Below are positions 38,606 to 46,505 of a stretch of 64,000 bases of DNA, one piece after another (position 1 is the stretch's first letter; every line of letters begins with the position of its first letter). The stretch is from Clostridiales bacterium (GTDB lineage Bacteria; Bacillota; Clostridia; Christensenellales; UBA1242). The notes beneath the pieces are model-generated. The model was given only the letters and a program-made list of their open reading frames with translations. It had not been told where the DNA came from and ran no database searches. The position numbers and the translations under genes are program-made. The stretch is taken from NCBI GenBank assembly GCA_003524095.1, contig DOEE01000003.1, positions 160,785 to 224,784 on the forward strand, read 5' to 3'.

Positions 38606-39100
38606 TTAGTTATCAAAATGTATTGTATTTCCGCAATATTCACAGATATATCCGTCTTTTGTTTTGGTCATTTTTCCGCCACAATTAGGACATTTGGAAA
38701 CCTTTGTATTGCCCATAATAATTTTTTCGTTGTTTTTGAGACTAACTCCGTCATACAAGTATCCTTTGAGATATTGTTTTGTAACAAGAGTTTGTATACA
38801 AGACTTAACTTGTTCCTCAGTCATGGCTAGTTGGGTTGAAATTTCCTTGTTAGTTGTCAATTTTTCGATAGTAATGGCATTATAGATTCTCATTAGTTGT
38901 CTGTCACTGCCATATGCAATAAATAATATAGGCGAGCCATAAAATCCAAATATGACCATCAAAATTCCCAAGACCATAAGCAAAGGTTGGAGTTTTGCAA
39001 AAATAACAATCATTGGCACTCCGCCAACAAAACAAACAAGTGCAAATATTGCAAGTATTAATTTAATATTGATATTCTTTTTTAAATCTTTGTTTTCCAT
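38606..39100 (-). CDS. hypothetical membrane protein with C-terminal zinc-ribbon
   Basis: Two TM helices. CPNCGG...CEYCG at the C-terminus. Confidence 0.55.
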   Translation of the reverse strand: MENKDLKKNINIKLILAIFALVCFVGGVPMIVIFAKLQPLLMVLGILMVIFGFYGSPILFIAYGSDRQLMRIYNAITIEKLTTNKEISTQLAMTEEQVKSCIQTLVTKQYLKGYLYDGVSLKNNEKIIMGNTKVSKCPNCGGKMTKTKDGYICEYCGNTIHFDN

Positions 39101-39234
39101 ACAATTAGTATACTATTAATTATCAAAAAAATAAACAAAAATAATATTATTTTTCAAAATTTTTCTGTTAATTAATCTTTGTTTTTATTTTAATATATTT
39201 CGTCTCAAATATTCATTTTTCCATGCAGATTACT

Positions 39235-39263
39235 CAAAAAAAGCCCTTAAATTAAGGGCTTTT
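39235..39263 (-). terminator. terminator of rubrerythrin gene
   Basis: Stem aagccctta/taagggctt. T7 on the minus strand. Confidence 0.8.
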
Positions 39264-39269
39264 GGCATT

Positions 39270-39812
39270 TTAGTAGTTGTTGCTTAAAAGTTCAAAATAA
39301 CTTTGTGGGTGAGAGCAAACTGGACATACAAGTGGGGCTTTTGTGCCAACACAAATGTGTCCACAATTTCTACATTCCCAAACTTTGACTTCGGACTTTT
39401 CAAAAACACTAGACTCTTCAACATTTTTAAGAAGCGCCCTATATCTTTCTTCATGGTGTTTTTCAATCTTAGCAACACCCAAGAATTTTTGGGCTAAATC
39501 ATCAAAACCTTCGGCTTTGGCAACTTTGGCAAATTCTTCGTACATATCAGTCCATTCAAAATTTTCGCCATCAGCAGCAGCACTCAAATTTTCTTTTGTG
39601 TTTCCAAGTCCGTTAAGTTCTTTAAACCACATTTTTGCATGTTCTTTTTCGTTGTCTGCAGTTTTCAAAAACATTTCGGCAATTTGTTCCATGCCTTCTT
39701 TTTTTGCAACAGATGCAAAGTATGTATATTTATTTCTAGCTTGACTCTCTCCAGCAAATGCAGTTTGTAAGTTCTTTTCGGTTTGAGTTCCTTTGTATTT
39801 GTTTTCAATCAT
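39270..39812 (-). CDS. rbr: rubrerythrin
   Basis: AGGAGAAAGGA RBS before the ATG at 39812. Diiron ferritin-like [10 protein letters not shown]...EKEH...EKHHE plus rubredoxin CRNCG...CPVC. Confidence 0.9.
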   Translation of the reverse strand: MIENKYKGTQTEKNLQTAFAGESQARNKYTYFASVAKKEGMEQIAEMFLKTADNEKEHAKMWFKELNGLGNTKENLSAAADGENFEWTDMYEEFAKVAKAEGFDDLAQKFLGVAKIEKHHEERYRALLKNVEESSVFEKSEVKVWECRNCGHICVGTKAPLVCPVCSHPQSYFELLSNNY

Positions 39813-40046
39813 TTTCCTTTCTCCTAAAAGTTTTTTATAATTTTTACATATTTCTAATTGCATGTCAAGTAATTTGTAGACAAATTAAGACTATTTGTGT
39901 TTAGTAGTTATTGGATATAATTTGCCAAAATATTCAATATATAAATTTCTTTTTGTATTAGTCGAAATTAGTGACTAAAAATTTATGACAATTTTTGATA
40001 TACTTCAAAATACTAATGTGTAATAAACTTCAAAAGGGAGAAAATT

Positions 40047-40286
40047 ATGTTGTATTATTTTGGCGGAATTGTCGCATATTACATGTTATATTCATTGTGT
40101 GCACTTATTTTTAAACACAAAGTAGGATTTGTGGTATCTATAATATTTATGACTGTTGCGGGAATATGTTCGGCTGTTATGTCTAGTTCTTTTGTAACTT
40201 TGGTTGGTGCGATTGTTGGTGGATTATTGGTTGGATTTATCAAAAAAATTCAAATCAGAAGCCATAAAGATAGTGTAGGCCAATAG
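40047..40286 (+). CDS. small hypothetical membrane protein (79 aa)
   Basis: GGGAGA RBS. Two hydrophobic helices. Confidence 0.5.
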   Translation: MLYYFGGIVAYYMLYSLCALIFKHKVGFVVSIIFMTVAGICSAVMSSSFVTLVGAIVGGLLVGFIKKIQIRSHKDSVGQ

Positions 40287-40311
40287 TTTTTTAAAAAATT
40301 AAAAAAAATAA

Positions 40312-40339
40312 TTGAAAAATTGAGATGACTAATCATAAT
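40312..40339 (+). promoter_or_regulatory. candidate promoter TTGAAA-16-CATAAT upstream of tRNA-like unit S1
   Basis: -35 at 40312-40317 and -10 at 40334-40339. Lies just after the stop of the small membrane-protein gene. Confidence 0.35.
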
Positions 40340-40412
40340 GACTCGCATTGTTGCTCTGCAACAATTGTCGGGTGGCAGTGAAACTGACGGGGTCCCGACT
40401 ACACTCAACCGT

Positions 40413-40476
40413 AGGTTGGGAGTTCCAAGCAAGAATTGCTTGACAAGCATGAAATGCTTGGAGTCTCTTAAGTGCA
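40413..40476 (+). repeat. inverted tRNA-Arg-derived segment S1: variable loop/T-arm/acceptor 3-prime strand interrupted in the T-loop by two 17-nt hairpins
   Basis: aggttgggagttc [caagcaaGAAttgcttg a caagcatGAAatgcttg] gagtctcttaagtgca, versus tRNA sense aggttgggagttc|gagtctcttagggtgca. Confidence 0.6.
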
Positions 40477-40529
40477 AACAAAAAAGCAAGCCATGAGGCT
40501 TGCAGTTTTTTGGTGCACCCAAGGACTCG
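40462..40529. repeat. direct repeat copy 1 (about 87 percent identical to 40641-40710): tRNA-like tail plus terminator plus tRNA-Arg 3-prime end
   Basis: Manual alignment of agtctcttaagtgcaaacaaaaaagcaagccatgaggcttgcagttttttggtgcacccaaggactcg with copy 2 gives 7 substitutions and 2 single-nt indels. Confidence 0.8.
40486..40511. terminator. bidirectional terminator hairpin (copy 1)
   Basis: gcaagcc-atga-ggcttgc with A6 upstream and T6 downstream. Confidence 0.7.
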
Positions 40530-40569
40530 TCAATATGAGCGAAGCGAAAATTTGTCGGAGTGAGAGTGC
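40511..40569 (-). pseudogene. degenerate, internally deleted tRNA-Arg copy (59 nt) retaining acceptor ends and CCA
   Basis: Reverse complement gcactct-cactccgacaaattttcgcttcgctcatattgacgagtcc-ttgggtgc-a-cca. The 5-prime 7 nt match the acceptor of the real tRNA-Arg, and the same terminator follows. Confidence 0.5.
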
Positions 40570-40594
40570 TTGCACTCGGGAAGAACGACGACTA

Positions 40595-40653
40595 CCAAGT
40601 TCGAAAGATGTCAAGAGACATCTAAAAGCCGAAAGGCTTTTGTCTCTTAGGGT
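40595..40653 (+). repeat. inverted tRNA-Arg-derived segment S2 with two different hairpins at the T-loop position
   Basis: ccaagttcg..[agatgtc-aaga-gacatct][aaaagcc-gaaa-ggctttt] gtctcttagggt. The last 12 nt are identical to tRNA-Arg sense positions 58-69. Confidence 0.55.
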
Positions 40654-40710
40654 AAAACAAAAAAGCAAGCCAAGTGGCTTGCAGTTTTTTGGTGCACCCT
40701 AAGAGACTCG
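40641..40710. repeat. direct repeat copy 2, overlapping the true 3-prime end of tRNA-Arg
   Basis: tgtctcttagggtaaaacaaaaaagcaagccaagtggcttgcagttttttggtgcaccctaagagactcg. Also an extended palindrome (gtctcttagggt ... accctaagagac) around the terminator. Confidence 0.8.
40665..40690. terminator. bidirectional terminator hairpin (copy 2), terminator of tRNA-Arg
   Basis: gcaagcc-aagt-ggcttgc with A6 upstream and T6 downstream. Confidence 0.75.
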
Positions 40711-40766
40711 AACTCCCAACCTTTGGTTCCGTAGACCAACGCTCTATCCAATTGAGCTAAGAGTGC
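40690..40766 (-). tRNA. tRNA-Arg (anticodon ACG), 77 nt with encoded CCA
   Basis: Reverse complement gcactct-ta-gctc-aattggata-gagc-g-ttggt-CTACGGA-accaa-aggtt-gggag-ttcgagt-ctctt-agggtgc-a-cca. Confidence 0.9.
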
Positions 40767-40841
40767 TTGTTTATTTCACCCGTATATTTTAGTCCAATTA
40801 GACTTGTTTGTCAATAATTTTTGTTTAAATTGCTAATATTT

Positions 40842-41423
40842 CTATTTGGTATATATTTTTTCACTTAGTAATATATCAAAATAATTAATAAGTTCAGACT
40901 TGTCATATGTCTTTGTGGATTCAAGCCAACTTAGACCCAAGTTGGTAATTCCTCCTGCCAAAAAGTTAATTATTATATCTGGTGGCAATTTAAATTTTTC
41001 TTTGTACTGGTTTTTGCTTGTTAGATATCTAATGCTTCGGTCTAGAGTGTTTAAAATTAGTCCCATAATCTTGTCTCTACTATTATTTTTGATAATTAAC
41101 AAAAACTTTTCGCGGTTTTCTTCCACAAAATCTATGACCTTTGAAACGAGTGACATGTACATTTCTTTTGGGGTGTTGTGCTTTTCTTTTTCAACGGTTG
41201 CATTAAACATATCTTCTTGTATTTGGTCAATTGCAAAAGAAAGAAGATTTTCTTTGTTATCAAAATGGTTATAAAATGTTGCTCTATGCACCATGGCTTT
41301 GTTACAGATATCTATTACTGTTATTTTTTCATAAGGCTCAACTTCTAGTAAGTCAAAAAACGCCTTGCAAAGCAATGTCCTTGTCCTTATTATTCTCAAA
41401 TCTTCTTTGTATGAATTTTTCAT
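40842..41423 (-). CDS. TetR/AcrR family transcriptional regulator
   Basis: N-terminal HTH ITVIDICNKAMVHRATFYNHFDNKENLL. Confidence 0.85.
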   Translation of the reverse strand: MKNSYKEDLRIIRTRTLLCKAFFDLLEVEPYEKITVIDICNKAMVHRATFYNHFDNKENLLSFAIDQIQEDMFNATVEKEKHNTPKEMYMSLVSKVIDFVEENREKFLLIIKNNSRDKIMGLILNTLDRSIRYLTSKNQYKEKFKLPPDIIINFLAGGITNLGLSWLESTKTYDKSELINYFDILLSEKIYTK

Positions 41424-41514
41424 AGTGTTTCCTTTTTGGTATTCAGAAAAATCTGTTTGATATTGGCATTATCTAGTCATTAAATTTAATCATTACAATA
41501 TTAACATATAATAC

Positions 41515-41545
41515 GACATATGTCAATAAAATAGACATTTGTCTA
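41515..41545. promoter_or_regulatory. two adjacent GACA/TGTC palindromes (gacatatgtc and tagacatttgtcta), candidate TetR operator
   Basis: Perfect inverted repeats at 41515-41524 and 41532-41545 in the divergent tetR / 41731 intergenic region. Confidence 0.4.
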
Positions 41546-41730
41546 ATAAGATTTGCAAATTTTGGTTTCTAAAAAAAATTTATGTTTGGTTTTTGTATTT
41601 TTTAAAAACATGTATATATTTTTTAGTTTGCATAAATTTTGTTGTCGGGCAATTGCATAAGGAATTTCGTTGACGATTTGTTGTTATAAATGTTATAATT
41701 AATTGAAATAATTACAAAGGGGTTTTGTGT

Positions 41731-41814
41731 TTGTTTAAGTTGTTAAAAAAAATTTTGGGGTTTGTAATTCTAGCAGTATTAATTGTGCTGTTTTACATCT
41801 TTTTTGTTAAATGA
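41731..41814 (+). CDS. possible 27-aa hydrophobic peptide (MFKLLKKILGFVILAVLIVLFYIFFVK), stop overlapping the next start (ATGA)
   Basis: AAAGGGG RBS 8-9 nt upstream of a TTG start. The TGA stop overlaps the ATG at 41811. Below the track cut-off. Confidence 0.3.
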   Translation: MFKLLKKILGFVILAVLIVLFYIFFVK

Positions 41815-42629
41815 ATCTAAAAGAATTTTTGCAAGAAGAACGTCTCAATCGCAAGCAAATGCGGTTGGAACAAAAGAAAAACAAAAAACAACCCCTAACA
41901 AAAAGGCAAAAAGTTCACAAGGCGGTGAGCATACTTTTTGTTATTGCGGTCATTATTGGTGCTTTTGCTTTTGCTTTTAGTGGAGTAGGGAAATATGACT
42001 ATAACAAAATAAAAGATTTGCCACAAGAAATTGTTGATTATATAAATGAACCTGTAGATGAGACGTTGCTTTTTGATGGTAAGACAAAATTAACTAGTAG
42101 TGATTTAACTAATTGTAAGGCGACTTTAAACTCGGTGGGAATTAGTTTGGACGATGATGAAAATTCAAATACAACTCCAACTTCGGATTTTGAACTAAAT
42201 AGTCGAGAAGTTGGTGCATTATCTCAATGTTTGATGTATGAAATTTCAAAGTCAAATAGATTGGAGTTAAATTATTTTGAAATTTTTTTTGATATAACCA
42301 AAAATTGCATATATGAAACTAGCATAGTCAAAGTAAATCTTAGTGATTACTTGAGTAACTCAAAACTTCCGTTTATATATATTACATCTACATCGATTTT
42401 GGAAGTTCAAGTAAACAAATTGGAAGCAATTAGTTTTGAAAGTTATGTAAATAATTTTGACAAAACAACAAGTTTAAAAATTTTTGAAAGTCTAAACAAA
42501 AAATCTATCCTTACAAAATTTGACGAACTTACAAACAAATCTATTAATTCATCAATAAATACTTTTAATTTGCTTTTAAATACAAAAATGACACTTGCCA
42601 ACGACAAGATTTGTTTTGGATTAAAATAG
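41811..42629 (+). CDS. hypothetical membrane-anchored protein
   Basis: Basic N-terminus then TM helix AVSILFVIAVIIGAFAFAF. No recognised domain. Confidence 0.5.
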   Translation: MNLKEFLQEERLNRKQMRLEQKKNKKQPLTKRQKVHKAVSILFVIAVIIGAFAFAFSGVGKYDYNKIKDLPQEIVDYINEPVDETLLFDGKTKLTSSDLTNCKATLNSVGISLDDDENSNTTPTSDFELNSREVGALSQCLMYEISKSNRLELNYFEIFFDITKNCIYETSIVKVNLSDYLSNSKLPFIYITSTSILEVQVNKLEAISFESYVNNFDKTTSLKIFESLNKKSILTKFDELTNKSINSSINTFNLLLNTKMTLANDKICFGLK

Positions 42630-42697
42630 CGGACTTTTTACAAAAATGATTTTGTTATTTTTGAATATAATGCTAAAATATATAAGGAAGGTTAAAA

Positions 42698-43645
42698 ATG
42701 GATAAATTACTTAGTTTCAAAGTCTTTGGACTTGGATATTTTATATATTTTGTGTTGTGTGTGGGAATAGTGCTAGGTTTGGTTTTTGGGCTAAAAAATT
42801 TGGAAGGCAACAAACGAAAAATTGTAAACATTGTTTTGGTGTCTTGCATAGGTGCGTTTGCTCTTATTGAATATATTTCAAGATTAATTGTTACTCCAAA
42901 CACCAAGTTTGGCGACCAAATGCCATTAGAATTGCTTGATGTAATTGCGGGCTTTAGTATATTTGTTTTGCTTAGCCAAAAAGAAAAATGGAAGAAATTT
43001 TCTTATTTGATTTTTGCTCCAGTATCTCTATATTCTTTGATTTTTGTGCCAAACGTATATGCTTCACTAAATACTATTTCAGTTTGTATAATTTTTTATT
43101 ATTTGGCTTTTGCGTTGGTTATTTCGTATTCAGTTTTGAATATTTTGTGGCTAGACCAAGATTTAGAGAAAAAAGACATTTTAGATGCGACACTTACATT
43201 TGCAATTATTTTATCTGTTGCACATATTCTCAATGTATTCTTTAGATTTGCTGTAATTGGGGTTCATGCTAATTATTTGGGGACAATGGGCGAAGATTAC
43301 GACTTGATAATTGGACTATTATTCAAACTTATACCAGTTCAATTTTTGTGCATGCTCCCACTTGTCGCACTGCTAGTCGGTGTTGAATTCTTGTTAATAT
43401 TGCCATTTGACTTGATTAAATCCAAACGTAACGCTCAAGCACAAGTTGAGGAACTTATTGCTCTAGGGAATATCAAAGCACAGGCAGAATACCACAAAAA
43501 ACATAGCAAAAATAAATCTCAAATTTTGGTTAGAAGCGAAAACAAAGCAATGCCTTCAAAGAAAAAAGATGTGACTCAGTCCACTTCGGACAAAGACTTT
43601 GTTAAGACTACAAAAGAAGTTAATGTTAATAACGACAAAGAATAA
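42698..43645 (+). CDS. polytopic membrane protein, possibly YwaF/TIGR02206-like
   Basis: AAGGAAGG RBS, 7-8 TM segments, MPLELLDV resembles the PLHLC motif of that family. Family assignment is weak. Confidence 0.45.
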   Translation: MDKLLSFKVFGLGYFIYFVLCVGIVLGLVFGLKNLEGNKRKIVNIVLVSCIGAFALIEYISRLIVTPNTKFGDQMPLELLDVIAGFSIFVLLSQKEKWKKFSYLIFAPVSLYSLIFVPNVYASLNTISVCIIFYYLAFALVISYSVLNILWLDQDLEKKDILDATLTFAIILSVAHILNVFFRFAVIGVHANYLGTMGEDYDLIIGLLFKLIPVQFLCMLPLVALLVGVEFLLILPFDLIKSKRNAQAQVEELIALGNIKAQAEYHKKHSKNKSQILVRSENKAMPSKKKDVTQSTSDKDFVKTTKEVNVNNDKE

Positions 43646-43647
43646 AA

Positions 43648-43686
43648 AATAATGGCTTTGAAATTTAAGTTTCAAAGCCATTATTT
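43648..43686 (+). terminator. terminator-like 15-bp hairpin
   Basis: aataatggctttgaa/ttcaaagccattatt. Weak T-tract. Confidence 0.6.
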
Positions 43687-43725
43687 ATGTCTTCTAAAAT
43701 TATTTTTTGTTTCATATATTAAAAT

Positions 43726-44715
43726 ATGAAAGTTATTTTTATGATAGTAATGATTTTGGGTTGCTTTTTTGGGGCGGGGTTTGTTAGCGGAAAGGAAATT
43801 GCGTCGTATTTTAGTGTATTTGGAAAATACTCTTTTGTGGGTGTGATAATTGCCATTTTGCTACTATTTTTGCTAATATATTTCTTTTTTGGATTATCCA
43901 AAAAAACAGATACTTTTGACAAATTTATTAATATGTATTTTGGCAAATCGGGCGGGATTATAAATTTGCTTTTTGCAATTTGTCTTTTTATACTCACATC
44001 GTCAATGTTTGCAGGCAGTTTGGTAATTGCAAAAACTATTAATATAAACACCGTGTTGTTTGCAATTTTTACTGCCATTGCTTGTTATTTTGTCGTTTCG
44101 GGAAATATTGGACTAATTGAAAAAATTAGTCTTGTATTAGTACCAATAATACTCATTGTTATTCTATATGTATGTGGAATACCAACAAAAATTTCGACAA
44201 CGCTAGGAGATTTGCCACTTAGCATTATAAGTAGTGTTAATTATGTTTTCTTAAATATTGTAACGCTGGGTTTGTTTATTTTGGAAACGGGTAATAAGTA
44301 TTCCAAAAAACAAGCACTAATTGTGTCAATAGTTTGTAGTTTAATCATTGGAATATTGCTGTTTGTATGCAACAATGCGATTCTTAGATTTAATGTTGAA
44401 GGCTCGTCTATGCCAATTTTAACTTTGGCTACCAAGAAAGGATTTGTCACATGGGTAATTACCGCAATAACTATTTGGATTGGACTATTTACAACAATAA
44501 TCTCTTGTGTCTTTGTGCTTAGTAATTTTGTTAATAATTATGTCAAGAACTACAAGTTGACATTGGTTATGTTGCTTGTTTTGACGCTACTTTTTAGCAC
44601 TTTCGGTTTTGATTTTATAGTAGGATATATTTATTGGATAATTGGGTTTATAGGGATATTTGTTGTTCTTAGAGTATTATTTGCAAAGAAAAAATTAAAA
44701 ATACCACCTAATTAA
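43726..44715 (+). CDS. YkvI-family membrane protein (putative transporter)
   Basis: N-terminal GCFFGAGFVSGKEIASYF resembles the GAGFASGQE signature. About 10 TM segments. Confidence 0.6.
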   Translation: MKVIFMIVMILGCFFGAGFVSGKEIASYFSVFGKYSFVGVIIAILLLFLLIYFFFGLSKKTDTFDKFINMYFGKSGGIINLLFAICLFILTSSMFAGSLVIAKTININTVLFAIFTAIACYFVVSGNIGLIEKISLVLVPIILIVILYVCGIPTKISTTLGDLPLSIISSVNYVFLNIVTLGLFILETGNKYSKKQALIVSIVCSLIIGILLFVCNNAILRFNVEGSSMPILTLATKKGFVTWVITAITIWIGLFTTIISCVFVLSNFVNNYVKNYKLTLVMLLVLTLLFSTFGFDFIVGYIYWIIGFIGIFVVLRVLFAKKKLKIPPN

Positions 44716-44733
44716 AAATAGGTGGCATTTTTT
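44704..44733 (+). terminator. Rho-independent terminator overlapping the CDS end
   Basis: ccacct/aggtgg stem followed by cattttttg. Confidence 0.6.
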
Positions 44734-44745
44734 GACAATTGTTAT

Positions 44746-45564
44746 TTAACTTAATTTTTTGCTAACCTTTTTTTCAATAAATGCGACTATAAAATACATA
44801 ACGGCAGCGAGTACGCACAAGATTATTGTACTAGCCATAACTAAATCCAGATTAAATATTTGACTGCCATAAATTATTAAGTATCCAAGTCCTGCCTTGC
44901 TTACCAAATATTCGCCCATAATAGTTCCAACCCAAGTAAGTCCAACATTAATTTTGAGAAGACTTATAAACTCGGGAAGTGAACCAGGCAAAATTAGTTT
45001 CGTAAGAATTTGAAATTTGTTTGCATTCATGCTTTTGAGTAACATAATCTTGCTTTCGTCTATTTGTCTAAATGCGTTTAGCATAGATATTATTGAAATA
45101 ATTATCATAATAAGCACATCCATTGTTACAATAGACGATGTTCCAACTCCAACCCAGATTATAATAATTGGTCCCAGTGCAATTTTTGGTAGGGAATTGA
45201 GTACTACTATATATGGGTCAAGAATTTTTCGGAGAGTGTCATTACTCCAAAGCAAAATAGCAAGTATAACTCCGCCCAATGTTGCAATCAAAAATCCAAT
45301 TATGGCTTCGTATAGAGTTGTAAAAGCATGATGGAATAAATCGCCCGTTCTATAGAGTTCGCCAATCGTCCTTAGTATCCTTGATGGACTAGACATAATA
45401 AATGTATCAATAATCTCTAGCCTTGCAAATAGTTCCCACAATCCAAATATAAGAATTAATATTCCTATTTGGGTAGCAATAATAAGAGATTTCTTAAGTG
45501 TTTTGACTTTTAAGTATTTTTTGTAATCATTTGAGTAATTTTTTATCATTGTAGTTCTTTCCAA
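44746..45564 (-). CDS. ABC transporter permease (NitT/TauT, SsuC-like)
   Basis: BPD_transp_1-like loop LKSMNANKFQILTKLILPGSLPEF. Operon with an ATPase and an NMT1-like binding protein. Confidence 0.8.
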   Translation of the reverse strand: MERTTMIKNYSNDYKKYLKVKTLKKSLIIATQIGILILIFGLWELFARLEIIDTFIMSSPSRILRTIGELYRTGDLFHHAFTTLYEAIIGFLIATLGGVILAILLWSNDTLRKILDPYIVVLNSLPKIALGPIIIIWVGVGTSSIVTMDVLIMIIISIISMLNAFRQIDESKIMLLKSMNANKFQILTKLILPGSLPEFISLLKINVGLTWVGTIMGEYLVSKAGLGYLIIYGSQIFNLDLVMASTIILCVLAAVMYFIVAFIEKKVSKKLS

Positions 45565-46286
45565 ATTTGTTTAAAGTAGTTTTTTGCTTCCACACTTTCT
45601 CTTTTTTCTAGTGGGGACTTGTATTGTTTTAGATTAATATCCAAGGTTTTTTTGACTCTCGCTGGTCTTTTGGATAGTATTATTATTTTGTCACTTAGAG
45701 AAATCGCTTCGCTTATATCGTGTGTTACAAGTATGGCGGTTACTCCTTCTTGTTTAATTATCTTGTAAACATCATCACATACACTTAGTCGTGTTTGATA
45801 GTCCAGTGCACTAAAGGCTTCGTCTAATAGTAGTACGCTTGGCTTGAGTGCCAAAGTCCTTATTAATGCAACCCTTTGTCTCATGCCACCGGATAATTGT
45901 TTTGGGTATTTGTTTCTAAATTCCCATAGGTTATATTTTTTGAGTAAGTTATTGACATACTCTATGTTTTCTTTGGTTTTTTTCTTTTGAAGTTCTAATC
46001 CTAAGTAAACATTTCCAAGTATTGTTCGCCATTCAAACAAATTGTCTTTTTGAAACATATATCCAACAAAAGTATTCTTATTACAGTTGTGTGTAATTGT
46101 TCCTTTTGTTGGTTTAATTAGTCCGCTTATAAGAGATAAGATAGTTGTTTTGCCACACCCCGAAGGTCCAACAAGACTTACAAAATCTCCGGAATTTACG
46201 TCAAAATTCAAGTCTTTAATCGCTTCGGTCTCCCCGTTGTCGCTAAAGTAAGTAAGTCCAACATTTTCAAACTTTAAGATTTGCAT
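45546..46286 (-). CDS. ABC transporter ATP-binding protein (NitT/TauT family)
   Basis: Walker A GPSGCGKTT, LSGGMRQR, LLLDEAFSALD. GGGAGA RBS favours the ATG near 46286-46289 rather than the track start at 46388. Confidence 0.85.
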   Translation of the reverse strand: MQILKFENVGLTYFSDNGETEAIKDLNFDVNSGDFVSLVGPSGCGKTTILSLISGLIKPTKGTITHNCNKNTFVGYMFQKDNLFEWRTILGNVYLGLELQKKKTKENIEYVNNLLKKYNLWEFRNKYPKQLSGGMRQRVALIRTLALKPSVLLLDEAFSALDYQTRLSVCDDVYKIIKQEGVTAILVTHDISEAISLSDKIIILSKRPARVKKTLDINLKQYKSPLEKRESVEAKNYFKQIWKELQ

Positions 46287-46450
46287 CATAATCTCCCAAA
46301 AGATATTAGACAATAAAAAATATTGTCTTATCTCATTATACTCAAAAGCCCTATCTTTTGTGATAGTGTCAAATGACACAAGATGCATTTTGAAATTAAA
46401 GTTTTAAATAAAATGTCGTGTTTTTTAAAAAAATTATTTTGAATATGATT

Positions 46451-46484
46451 AAAACAAAAAACTCGCTTTTATGTAAGCGAGTTT
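46451..46484 (-). terminator. intra-operon terminator/attenuator after the substrate-binding-protein gene
   Basis: 10-bp stem aaactcgctt/aagcgagttt followed on the minus strand by ttttttgtttt. Confidence 0.7.
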
Positions 46485-46505
46485 AAACATAATTAATTAA
46501 TATTT

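Larger units (their letters stand above)
40346..40511 (+). ncRNA. candidate ~165-nt structured RNA containing a tRNA-Arg 3-prime-half mimic (unit S1)
   Basis: Preceded by TTGAAA-16-CATAAT (40312-40339). Hairpins 40347-40365 and 40367-40399 (with inner cagt-GAA-actg). tRNA-like 40413-40476 with two GAA-triloop hairpins. Ends at terminator 40486-40511. Confidence 0.3.

Noticed and set aside
40320-40690. Possibility that the structured region next to tRNA-Arg is tmRNA, RNase P RNA or SRP RNA
   Set aside because: It lacks the GGGG...tRNA-Ala-like ends and tag reading frame of tmRNA. There is no GAGGAAAGTCC-type RNase P core and no SRP domain IV motif. The similarity is specifically to the adjacent tRNA-Arg.
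40250-40702. Three track ORFs (40250-40522 minus, 40468-40668 minus, 40472-40702 plus) covering the tRNA-Arg flank
   Set aside because: They overlap one another on both strands and use TTG/GTG starts without an RBS. They run through terminator hairpins and tRNA-derived sequence. The open frames are a by-product of locally GC-rich structured DNA.
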